This document shows positions 38,969-48,059 of a DNA stretch of 61,408 bases, piece after piece. Origin of the DNA: a virus (taxonomy: Duplodnaviria > Caudoviricetes); the IMG/VR virus record IMGVR_UViG_3300020392_000014, positions 1-61,408 of that record; one strand, given 5' to 3'. Each line of letters begins with the position of its first letter. The first letter of the stretch is position 1. The notes below the pieces were generated by a model. That model was not told the DNA's origin and did no database searches. It worked only from the letters and a program-made list of their open reading frames with translations. The position numbers and the translations under genes were made by a program.

Positions 38969-41900
38969 TGAATAAATATAAAACACCATCAGGAGATGTT
39001 CTTACAGAAGAAGAATTAAGGTCAAGATACGGCGACCAATTTGATTCTTTGGTCGCAGACGGTGTATTGACTTTGGTAGAAGGAGAAGAGGCTGAAAAAA
39101 AAAATCCAGTCGTTACCTCAGGTTCAGATTCGGAGCAGGAAAATACGGTTTCCACTACAAATCTAAACAATACTCCTGGGTTTTCGGATTCTTCCGATCC
39201 CATAGAAATAAATGAAGATGTAAACTTTGATATAAGTCTTCCAAAAAATCAACAAACTCTAGTTGAAAATAAAAGTAATTTAGATATATTAAACTCCATT
39301 GGATTTTTTGACGATAACAAACCTGAGATGGTTGTTTTGGATGAAAAAAATCAAACCAAAGAAAAATCATATCAAATTAAAGACCCAATTACAGGAGAAT
39401 TTAATTTAAAAAAAGAGTCGGAAATACCTGAGCCTGTATTGAAAGCTATAAAACTGCATGAAAAAGCTAATCCAAAAGTTGTAGATACTGAAGAGGTTAT
39501 AATTACCGAAGAAGATTACACTAATCCTGATAAAGTTGACTCAAAAATTTTATCTCAAAATAATATAGATGAAGAAGATTATTTAAAGTGGGAGAAAAAA
39601 AATATTAGACCTGAAGGTTCTGTTTATAAATTTTTAAAAACTCTTTTACCTAGTGATGAAGGTAATCAATATGAAATGGAAAAAAGGCAGTATGAAAAAT
39701 TACAGTCTTATAATGCTTCAAAACTAAATAATATTACTAGTGCACTTTCCGCAAATGAAGCAGCACAAAAATTAACAACTAATCCAAATGATATTAGAAG
39801 ATTAAGATTAGAGGCGGTAAATTTAAAAAAAGAATTTATGGAAACTTACTCCACAATGGAGTCAGCGATAAATTTATTTCCGGTTTATAAAGAAGAAGAA
39901 ATAGATTCTGATTTGAGAAAAAGAAAAGAACTTTATCAAGCAGTTAAATCAGGAGGATTAAGGGAGTTTACGGGGGGAGGTTTAGAATTATTGAAAACAG
40001 GAGCTACAGCTTTGACTTCTTTTGCTGGTAATTTTATAGGCGGGATACCTGGAGCTGTCGATCAAAGACTAACAAAATTTGGATACAATAAAAAAGGTCT
40101 ACTTGCCGGTTTAAGTGATATGTTTGTAGACTCTAGTGAAGCTATTGAAACAGAAATAGGTGAAACACAAAGACCAGCTTTTTTAGAAGGCAAACCTGTA
40201 ACTTATAATTCACAAGAATTTATAGTTGATGCAAACGGGACAGTGTACGATGCAAAATCCAATATTCGAATGGATGGAATATTACCTGACAGTGAGATAA
40301 AAACAATAATAAACAGATCAAAAGATGTCCCCAATAGCACTATTAATTGGACAGGAGGTTCAGTATTGACAGGCGGTGTAAATACTTTGATGAATTTATT
40401 TGCTCTTATACGAACTGGAGGTAAGGTTAATAAATCAACTGGCCTTGAAAAGATTTTTAAACCTGGTACTGCAGGAAAAGTTGGAATGGGAGTAGCATCT
40501 TTTACAAGCGGGGTAGTGAGTAATGTTGAAGACATACGAAGTCAGTTGGTAGCAACTGGTATGGGTGAGAATGAAGCAATGGAAATAGCTGTTGATGCTG
40601 GCCAAGCTATAGCAACTTTAGATGGTATATTTTCTGGTATAGCTGGTAGTAACGAACAGTTATTAATTGGTTTCCAAGGTATTAAAGATCAAGTAAAAAA
40701 TTTAGCAATTAAAGAAGGAAAAAAGTTTACAAAAAAACAACTAGTGGACAAAGGAATTGCTTTAGGTAAAGAAAACTTTAAAGAATTATTTGTTGAAGAA
40801 TTGCCTGTTTATTTTACAGAAAAAGCAATTAATAATTTAGTTAATCAAAAGGTTGGGAATACAGTATTAGACCAGAAAATTACAGCAGCTGGTGTTTTAG
40901 AAACTGCAGTAATGACTATAGGGGCTACATCTACACTAGGTTCTAAAAATTTATTAACAGGTAACAAAAGAAAAGACTTAGTAAGAACACTAGCTTCTGA
41001 TGTTCAAGATTTGCAAAAAACATTAAATGTTTTAGTAACAGAAGGTTCTTTAAACAAAGAACAAGCTGCGAATGCTTATACAGAGATTTATAACATGAAA
41101 GCAGCTGAACTAAAAACTAAAGGGACTGTTAAAATGTCTAAAAATGTTGAAGAAGCCTCGGACTTGTTAACGCAAAGGCAAAATCTTATAGAACAAAGAG
41201 AAGGTTTAGAAGGGCCATTAAAAGAAGAGTTAGATAAAAGAATTGAGGATGTAGATGCTCAAATAAAAAAATTACAACAAAGAGATATTACAGAAGCACA
41301 GTCTATTATAGATAAACAAAAAGATAGTAAAGATAAAGTCGAAGTTACAAGAGAGGAAGCTGTTCAGGCTTTCAAGGCTGAAAATGAATTTAGGGTAAAA
41401 GCTGGATTACCTGTTCTTATAGAATCAGAACAAAATATTACAAAAAAACAAAATGAATTAATTAAAGATAAACAAGATGCCATTCAAAAGTCAAGCACAG
41501 AGAAAGTGGATGTACAAGAACAATCCACAGATGGCCAAACGGTGGGAGAAAGAGACACCGAAGGGGCCGTTACCCAACAGGGTAAAAAAGAAACCGAAGA
41601 TGTCCTTGTTGAAAGCAAGGAGGCGGAAGTAACACCAGTTAGGGAAAAAATTGATCAACCTTTTCAGGTACCCAATTCAAGAATTGATGTAACATTAAAT
41701 CAAGATGGTACGGCAAAAGTGTACAAAAGGGGTACAAATCAAACTGTTAAATATGTTCCACAAAAAGCTAGTAAATATATTTTAACAGATGTAATTGATG
41801 TAAACGAAGGTAATCTAGCTACTATACCTGAAGGCACACCGGAAGGAGATGTTTTTATAGAAATTGCTGACACATCAAATAATGTTTATGAAGTTGTGCA

Positions 41901-44900
41901 AGCTATAAAACAAGTAGAGGATAGTATGGTAGATGCGGAAATGGAAACTGCTGAAGGGGGTATATTTAATATATTACAATTAAAGTTCACTCCTGAAAGC
42001 TGGAAGCGTATAACTGGTGTATCGCCAAAAGAATCTGGCGTTTCTAATTTTTGGATAAGTAAAAAGGATGGAGTAAGTATAGAGGACGGATGGGTTGATG
42101 TGGCTCCTGAATTAAGTATAGATATGGTTATTGATTTTATCGAATCTAATCCTACTTTAGCGGATGTAAAAAATTTACAAAAAGGAGGCCTTAGTCAAGA
42201 TTTAGTGGCTTTAAAACAAAGATTTAAGGAGTTAACAGGTTTAAGTGCAACAAAGTTTAATCTAAATACAGTTTTATCTATCGACCCAAATAGAGAGCCG
42301 TTGAGAGTAACAGAAACAAGAAATGTAGAGCAATTAACTAGAGAGTCTCTTGACCCTAATGTAGATGACTTTGGGAAAAAGAAAGGGCCATCAGCAGAAA
42401 AAATTACAGGTAAAAAAATAAAGAAAGTCAAAGTAGATGAACAGTCTGCATTGAAAGACCAGATAAGATTAGAAGCTAAAGCAGCAAGAGATGCAAAAAA
42501 AGATCAAACCAAAAGACGAAGAGGTTTAGTAAAATCTATAAAAGGTTTGTTGAAAGAAGGTAATATTACAAACAAAAAAGCTTTATCATTGATAAAAAAA
42601 GTTTCTAATGTAAACTTAAATAACGCAAAAAAAGTGCAAGACGTTATTGATTTTATAGAGAAATCTTTAAACGATTCTTCTTATTCTGCAAAACTTTCAA
42701 AAGCTAATGCTTTGATTAAGTCTATCAAAAAAAATTTAAAAGGTAAAGAAGCTGCAATGTCTGATTCAGCAAAACAGTTTGTGTTAATAGACCCTAATAC
42801 AGTAGAGAATATAGACACATATCTAAATTTTGCAGAAAACATTAAAAATGGTTTAATGAAAACCAAAAGGACAGGTAAGGGGGTAAAAATATCAAAACCT
42901 TTTGATGTCAAAAAAGTTGACGCATATAGTAAAAAACAAATTGACTTACAAAACAAAAGAAATTATGAGTTGGCTAAAGAATCGTTTGAGTTACTTACGG
43001 GATTAGAAGCTGGAGAGTTAACGTTAGACGAAATGAAAGAAGCTTTGTATGATATAGAAGGTGAAGCTAATGATCCTGGCAAAAAATCAGAGCTGTTAGC
43101 AAAAAACAAAGAAGCGGTTATAGATAAGGCTATTAAAAATGCATTTCAAAATACTAAAATAAATATTAAGGGTAGTATAGAAGCTGGAGATGTAGAGTTA
43201 AATAAAGAAAAAAAAGAATTAATTCGTGATTTTTTAAACATGGACTTAAAATTACTCAGCACGGCTCAAAAGATGGCTGCCTTAGACTCCATAATTAATT
43301 TTGAAATAAATGAATCGACAGGCGGCATGGAGTCTATACTTAGGCAATATGTTGGGAATAAAAACATGATTAAGATGAATAATGAAAACATCAAATCATC
43401 TTTAAAAAGCACATGGCTAGGAAGGATGTGGAATAAACATTTATCGACATTGCCAAATGTTTTTGAATTAATGTTTGCTTCACAGGAAAAAGCAAGAAAG
43501 ATAACTAAAGCACTTGGTCTTGATGGGGTAATAGATGGTTATGCTAAAGCAGAGAAAGAAGCAAATGATGTAGAGCAAGATTATGCTAATGTTTTTGCAA
43601 AAAAGAAAATGAAAAACGGTATTTACTTCGATGAGATGAATGACCTAGAAAGAGGGGTGTTGGCAGAGGTTAGAAGATTTACACCAGGTACGGAAGTAGA
43701 ACAGCAAAACGAGTTTGATGTAAGTAAAAAATTAATAGATCAAACAATAAAAAGACTAGAAGCTTCTAAAGATTCTAACGATAAAGCAAAAGCTGAAAAG
43801 CTAAGGGCAGTATATGATAATATATTAAAAGATTCAAACAATATAAGTGAAGTAGAATCTAAAGTTGACCCTGTAAATTTAGAAGGAGTAGAATATGTTA
43901 CTCAAATTTGGGCAAACAAATATCAAGATTTAGCTGACACTTCTTTAAATGTCTATAATAGAAATTTAGGAAAAGACATTAACTATACTCCTAGAAGCGT
44001 ACAAACATTAACTCAAGAGGACAAAACACCTGACATCACTGAACCTGTATTTAATCCAGAAAATCTTTCTAAAAGCCCTTATGATAAGGAGACTGGAGTT
44101 TTGAAGGTAGCCACAAAGCCACCTACTTTACCAGAGGGCAAAGTTTTAAATTTAGGCTTTGATAGACAAAATTTAAGCAATTATAAAGCAGCTTTAACAG
44201 ATATATATACCGCTCCTTCTATACAGCAAATTAAAGGTGCGCAACAATCAGAATATTTTAAAGAAGTATTTCCTAATGAAAACGCAAGAGATATAGTAAA
44301 TCTGAGAATAAAAAATTATGTAGACTCAAAAAGGGGAAAAAGGTTTTTTAACGCAAAAGATAAAATAGCTCTTGACGCTATGAACAAATTAGCCACTATG
44401 GGTGTAGTAAAAGCTTTAGGTGGTGTAACTCAACCGTTTAAACAAATTGTACCTATATTCAACACTAGTATTAACGCTGGCCCCATCAATACAATTAAAG
44501 GTGTGGAACTATATCTTTTTAATCCTGATGCTAGAAAAGCAATAGATAATTCTGGGTTAGCCATAGCTAATAGAGGTATAAAAGCTCAATCTGATTTGGA
44601 GTCTGTTGATAGCAGAATAGATAATACTACTCGAACTAAAGGTGGTAAATTATTAAAAGCGTATGATAACTTAAATAAAACAATTTTGCAAAAAACTTTA
44701 GTTGATCCTGATGTAGGCACTGCTAAAGCATCATTTTTAGCATACTATATTCAAGCGATGGACAAAAAGGGTGTGAGTTTAAATGAAATAGACTGGACGC
44801 AACCCTTAGAGAAAGACGAATCTCGTTTTGCTCAACAACAGGTTGATAGACAACAGAACACTTCTGACCAAGATTTGCAAGGAGATTTGTTTACCAGTCA

Positions 44901-45756
44901 GGCATTAACAAAACAAACTATAAGAAAAGTATTATTTCCTTTTGCAAATTTTTTATTGAATCAAAAAACTAGAATGTATTCTGATATTAACACATTGTTT
45001 AGAAACCCCACTGCTTTACCTGGGGACAAGACCGCCGCACTTAAATCTTTAGCTGGTTTAGGTGTAGAAAATGCTACATTCAATGCTATAGGTTTAGGTA
45101 TATCTGCCATGCTAGCTAACACAGTATCATCTTTGATTGGTATGGATGAAGAGGAAGAGGGAACCTTTTCTGAAAAAATAGAAAAAATAAGAGAAGCAGA
45201 AAGGAAAAGACTACAAAATCAAATAATTGGTAGAGGCGGCAATCTTATAGCTGATATAGTTTCACCGCTTCCTTTTTTAAACGATGAGGTTTTATCAGTA
45301 ACAAATTCCTTAGTCGGTTTATTTCAAGATGGAGGTAAAGATGATTTTAAGTTTTTTGTAAATACCAACAGAGGGTTGAGTGAACAGTTAGGGGTATTAG
45401 GAATAGGTGGAGAAAAATTACAAAGACTAACAGAGATGATTAGAATAGCTCAGACGGGTGAGGTAACAACTGAGTATGGCGGTAAAAAAAGTACCAAAAA
45501 ACTGACAAAAGATGCTCAAAATAAAATTCAAAATGTAGCAGTGGTTTATGCTTTATTTATAGCAGGTGGAATACCATTCTCTGAAGTGGGGTATATGTCT
45601 GAAAAAGCACTTAGAGACTTGAAAAAAAGAAAACAACCAGGGCCTAAAAAATTTAAAGAGGAGAAAAAAACTTCATTGTCTTTAAAAGGAAAAGGAAAAT
45701 TAGAAAGCGGTGCTTTAAATAAAAAAAATAATAAATTACAAAAAGGTAGATTGTGA
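38968..45756 (+). CDS. Large internal virion protein (2262 aa)
   Basis: Last large late gene; helical with Gly/Ala-rich hydrophobic segments; no recognisable RNAP motif. Confidence 0.7.
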   Translation: MNKYKTPSGDVLTEEELRSRYGDQFDSLVADGVLTLVEGEEAEKKNPVVTSGSDSEQENTVSTTNLNNTPGFSDSSDPIEINEDVNFDISLPKNQQTLVENKSNLDILNSIGFFDDNKPEMVVLDEKNQTKEKSYQIKDPITGEFNLKKESEIPEPVLKAIKLHEKANPKVVDTEEVIITEEDYTNPDKVDSKILSQNNIDEEDYLKWEKKNIRPEGSVYKFLKTLLPSDEGNQYEMEKRQYEKLQSYNASKLNNITSALSANEAAQKLTTNPNDIRRLRLEAVNLKKEFMETYSTMESAINLFPVYKEEEIDSDLRKRKELYQAVKSGGLREFTGGGLELLKTGATALTSFAGNFIGGIPGAVDQRLTKFGYNKKGLLAGLSDMFVDSSEAIETEIGETQRPAFLEGKPVTYNSQEFIVDANGTVYDAKSNIRMDGILPDSEIKTIINRSKDVPNSTINWTGGSVLTGGVNTLMNLFALIRTGGKVNKSTGLEKIFKPGTAGKVGMGVASFTSGVVSNVEDIRSQLVATGMGENEAMEIAVDAGQAIATLDGIFSGIAGSNEQLLIGFQGIKDQVKNLAIKEGKKFTKKQLVDKGIALGKENFKELFVEELPVYFTEKAINNLVNQKVGNTVLDQKITAAGVLETAVMTIGATSTLGSKNLLTGNKRKDLVRTLASDVQDLQKTLNVLVTEGSLNKEQAANAYTEIYNMKAAELKTKGTVKMSKNVEEASDLLTQRQNLIEQREGLEGPLKEELDKRIEDVDAQIKKLQQRDITEAQSIIDKQKDSKDKVEVTREEAVQAFKAENEFRVKAGLPVLIESEQNITKKQNELIKDKQDAIQKSSTEKVDVQEQSTDGQTVGERDTEGAVTQQGKKETEDVLVESKEAEVTPVREKIDQPFQVPNSRIDVTLNQDGTAKVYKRGTNQTVKYVPQKASKYILTDVIDVNEGNLATIPEGTPEGDVFIEIADTSNNVYEVVQAIKQVEDSMVDAEMETAEGGIFNILQLKFTPESWKRITGVSPKESGVSNFWISKKDGVSIEDGWVDVAPELSIDMVIDFIESNPTLADVKNLQKGGLSQDLVALKQRFKELTGLSATKFNLNTVLSIDPNREPLRVTETRNVEQLTRESLDPNVDDFGKKKGPSAEKITGKKIKKVKVDEQSALKDQIRLEAKAARDAKKDQTKRRRGLVKSIKGLLKEGNITNKKALSLIKKVSNVNLNNAKKVQDVIDFIEKSLNDSSYSAKLSKANALIKSIKKNLKGKEAAMSDSAKQFVLIDPNTVENIDTYLNFAENIKNGLMKTKRTGKGVKISKPFDVKKVDAYSKKQIDLQNKRNYELAKESFELLTGLEAGELTLDEMKEALYDIEGEANDPGKKSELLAKNKEAVIDKAIKNAFQNTKINIKGSIEAGDVELNKEKKELIRDFLNMDLKLLSTAQKMAALDSIINFEINESTGGMESILRQYVGNKNMIKMNNENIKSSLKSTWLGRMWNKHLSTLPNVFELMFASQEKARKITKALGLDGVIDGYAKAEKEANDVEQDYANVFAKKKMKNGIYFDEMNDLERGVLAEVRRFTPGTEVEQQNEFDVSKKLIDQTIKRLEASKDSNDKAKAEKLRAVYDNILKDSNNISEVESKVDPVNLEGVEYVTQIWANKYQDLADTSLNVYNRNLGKDINYTPRSVQTLTQEDKTPDITEPVFNPENLSKSPYDKETGVLKVATKPPTLPEGKVLNLGFDRQNLSNYKAALTDIYTAPSIQQIKGAQQSEYFKEVFPNENARDIVNLRIKNYVDSKRGKRFFNAKDKIALDAMNKLATMGVVKALGGVTQPFKQIVPIFNTSINAGPINTIKGVELYLFNPDARKAIDNSGLAIANRGIKAQSDLESVDSRIDNTTRTKGGKLLKAYDNLNKTILQKTLVDPDVGTAKASFLAYYIQAMDKKGVSLNEIDWTQPLEKDESRFAQQQVDRQQNTSDQDLQGDLFTSQALTKQTIRKVLFPFANFLLNQKTRMYSDINTLFRNPTALPGDKTAALKSLAGLGVENATFNAIGLGISAMLANTVSSLIGMDEEEEGTFSEKIEKIREAERKRLQNQIIGRGGNLIADIVSPLPFLNDEVLSVTNSLVGLFQDGGKDDFKFFVNTNRGLSEQLGVLGIGGEKLQRLTEMIRIAQTGEVTTEYGGKKSTKKLTKDAQNKIQNVAVVYALFIAGGIPFSEVGYMSEKALRDLKKRKQPGPKKFKEEKKTSLSLKGKGKLESGALNKKNNKLQKGRL
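39095..39215 (+). other. Candidate programmed -1 frameshift / slippage site (A10) and trans-frame extension
   Basis: A10 at 39095-39104; the -1 frame reads KSSRYLRFRFGAGKYGFHYKSKQYSWVFGFFRSHRNK-stop. Confidence 0.5.
41477..41632 (+). CDS. Nested +1-frame 51-aa basic protein MPFKSQAQRKWMYKNNPQMAKRWEKETPKGPLPNRVKKKPKMSLLKARRRK
   Basis: ATG to TAA inside the 2262-aa gene; A/T-rich leader with A at -3; local GC rise; resembles free-standing small phage proteins as recalled. Confidence 0.7.
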   Translation: MPFKSQAQRKWMYKNNPQMAKRWEKETPKGPLPNRVKKKPKMSLLKARRRK

Positions 45757-46016
45757 TGAAGTTTTTTGATGAACATACCTGTATGCTCCATAGTTACTAT
45801 GTTTTAACCAACAAAGTTCCTTACGAAACATTACTAGAAAAAGGTAGTAGTGTGGCTTTGATATTTAATCCTACTAAACCTGTAATAGCTATGGATGATG
45901 ATGTTTATGATGTGCTGATTGAATATTTTGAACAAGAAGAAGATTATGAAAAATGTCAAGAGCTACTTGATTGCAAAAAAATTAACATGCACTTTAAAAA
46001 AAGTGAGTTAGTCTAG
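45753..46016 (+). CDS. Small protein with UVR-like C-terminal motif
   Basis: EYFEQEEDYEKCQEL; overlaps the 3' end of the convergent gene. Confidence 0.55.
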   Translation: MMKFFDEHTCMLHSYYVLTNKVPYETLLEKGSSVALIFNPTKPVIAMDDDVYDVLIEYFEQEEDYEKCQELLDCKKINMHFKKSELV

Positions 46017-47100
46017 CTACCTGTCCTAATTCTTTATGATGTATAAAACCTTCACAAGCTCTTGGAGCTCCAGTATAACCTTTTCTCGCATGCCAACTAT
46101 CGGATGATGATGGCGATCTCATGTATTCAACTGTAACCCCTATATAATCTTTAGCATCTCTCCATTTGTATTTTATTTTATGGTGCAGATGATGTAAATA
46201 CCAGTACCTGGTCTTTGTAGATGCCCACAGTTCAGGTCTTTCTTGAGCCATAAGTAGGGGTAGATTATCAAGCCTAGCACCATCACCATGTTCCAACCCT
46301 ATTAAAGACGTGCCGTATTTATAATACTTTCTGTGAGCAACCGATATATCGAATGAAACATCATGAGCATTTCTAAACCATGATTGAAGGGTGTGCGCCA
46401 AATGAAAACCTGATTGATAGTCATGATTACTCATGCTATGCACTACGTCGACTTTAGCAACTTTTCTTAATATTTCAACACATTTTACATAAAGCTGTAA
46501 AGCCTTTTCATAATGTTCCCACCATTTTCCGTCAGTATCTTGACGTGTGCCCTTTGTGGTTGTGTTATAAACATTGTCTACATGTAGTACATCATTACCA
46601 ATGCAAAATAGTATTTGTTCTATTTTAAAGCCTTTAGCTTTATGTATTAATCCATTTACACCTTCCAAGACCCTATCTATAGCAATTTTTGTATTGTACT
46701 TATCTCCAGCTTCTTTTTCATTTGCATACTTTCCAATATGTATATCAGCTGGATTTATAACCAATAAATGGGGGTCTTTGTTATTGTCATTGCGTTTTAC
46801 GGGTTTGTATTCTGGGGCATGATGTGCTAAAAATTTAGAAACTTTATTGAATATTTCTTTTTCTTTTATACCTAAATTTTCTCTTGTTACAACAGAAAAC
46901 CTATACTCGCCACTGGCACTTTGCCAGTGCTTAACACTGACTACATCTTCAGGGTCAATGCCCCGCTCTTTTAAATGTGTTGTGAGCGCTGTATTATCAT
47001 TTACATTTTCAACGTGGGTGGCACGGTGTTGATATATTAATTCTTCTTCTGCTTTGGATAAACGTAAACGTTTTCCATAGCTTTTGCGTTTAGATTTCAT
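45994..47100 (-). CDS. Calcineurin-like metallophosphoesterase
   Basis: ADIHIG, GND, SNHD, HGD and HHLHH motifs; ATG at 47100 preferred. Confidence 0.8.
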   Translation of the reverse strand: MKSKRKSYGKRLRLSKAEEELIYQHRATHVENVNDNTALTTHLKERGIDPEDVVSVKHWQSASGEYRFSVVTRENLGIKEKEIFNKVSKFLAHHAPEYKPVKRNDNNKDPHLLVINPADIHIGKYANEKEAGDKYNTKIAIDRVLEGVNGLIHKAKGFKIEQILFCIGNDVLHVDNVYNTTTKGTRQDTDGKWWEHYEKALQLYVKCVEILRKVAKVDVVHSMSNHDYQSGFHLAHTLQSWFRNAHDVSFDISVAHRKYYKYGTSLIGLEHGDGARLDNLPLLMAQERPELWASTKTRYWYLHHLHHKIKYKWRDAKDYIGVTVEYMRSPSSSDSWHARKGYTGAPRACEGFIHHKELGQVARLTHFF

Positions 47101-47281
47101 CGGATAAAGATTGAACGAGTTCACTCATCAGCTTCGCTATATTCTGAGCTTTTAATTTTGCTTGATGGTGGTCTCGCTCCATGAGGTCTTCATATAAATC
47201 ATCAACGAGGTCGTGTGATGTATGCGTCACATAATTAATGTGAGATATTGCATTAACGTCGTCTAATGATATTTTACTCAT
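47090..47281 (-). CDS. Hypothetical protein
   Basis: Overlaps the next start; TATCTTTA promoter-like variant at 47354-47361 on the minus strand. Confidence 0.6.
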   Translation of the reverse strand: MSKISLDDVNAISHINYVTHTSHDLVDDLYEDLMERDHHQAKLKAQNIAKLMSELVQSLSDEI

Positions 47282-47327
47282 TTTTATTCCATGGAGTGTA
47301 ATAAGTGGTTTTAGATTTAGTTATAAT

Positions 47328-47513
47328 TTAATTTTGTCTATACACCATTCGTATAAAGATAGTAAAATTTTTAAAAAGTTTTAATTTTAGTTTTTGCCAA
47401 GGGGTTTTTCGTAGAATTGTTTTATCTATTTCTACTTTGTCTAACTTACTTTTAACCTGGGTAAATCCTTTTTCTTTAAAATAGTTTTGGTTTAAATACT
47501 CTAGATAGTTCAT
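47328..47513 (-). CDS. Hypothetical small protein
   Basis: Packed ORF only. Confidence 0.4.
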   Translation of the reverse strand: MNYLEYLNQNYFKEKGFTQVKSKLDKVEIDKTILRKTPWQKLKLKLFKNFTIFIRMVYRQN

Positions 47514-47850
47514 CTTTGTAATTAGTAATTTGATTTGATTTTATGTAACAGTTGATAAGCATTAAATCTAAATATTCATCCATGGAAATTAAAGTAATGT
47601 CAGTGAAAGTTAAATGCCTATGTTTTACTTTTAAAATTTCAACCGCAAATGTTACGACCTCATCTTTAACATTAACTAAACCTCCGTATACATAAGTTGT
47701 TAACTCGTTTGGATTCAAGTCTCTTACATTATCTTCAAGAAATAAAGCAATGGCCAAAGCCGTATCATGGTCAAAAGATTTGAGCTCATCCATAAACTCA
47801 TCTTCAACATCATAACCTTTATCCCTTATATATCTCTGTTTTAAACCCAT
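47476..47850 (-). CDS. Hypothetical acidic protein
   Basis: Packed ORF; start uncertain. Confidence 0.6.
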   Translation of the reverse strand: MGLKQRYIRDKGYDVEDEFMDELKSFDHDTALAIALFLEDNVRDLNPNELTTYVYGGLVNVKDEVVTFAVEILKVKHRHLTFTDITLISMDEYLDLMLINCYIKSNQITNYKDELSRVFKPKLF

Positions 47851-48058
47851 AATTTTTCAACTCCTCCAATCTAAATTCTTGCAGAGGAGTGAGCTTTCCA
47901 TTTGTTTTTTTTATTTCTGAAAACAGTACATCTGCATTTTTTGGGATTGCTATTAAGTCAGGTATGCCATTCTTATTTGTTTTTATAAGCTTCAAAACAT
48001 AATATCCTTCATTCTCTAACTGATCTATTCTTTTTTTCTGTATCTGTTGCTCAGTCAT
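47819..48058 (-). CDS. VRR-NUC domain nuclease
   Basis: TExQIQ...GIPDLI...FSEIK...GKLTPLQ. Confidence 0.85.
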   Translation of the reverse strand: MTEQQIQKKRIDQLENEGYYVLKLIKTNKNGIPDLIAIPKNADVLFSEIKKTNGKLTPLQEFRLEELKNYGFKTEIYKG

Positions 48059-48059
48059 A

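Noticed and set aside
38968-45756. Virion RNA polymerase as in crAss-like phages
   Set aside because: No DxDxD-type catalytic motif is recognisable, and host-type promoters precede the early genes.
670-45791. Many minus-strand ORFs in the track opposite structural genes
   Set aside because: They are antisense shadows of biased codon use, with no start context or motifs.
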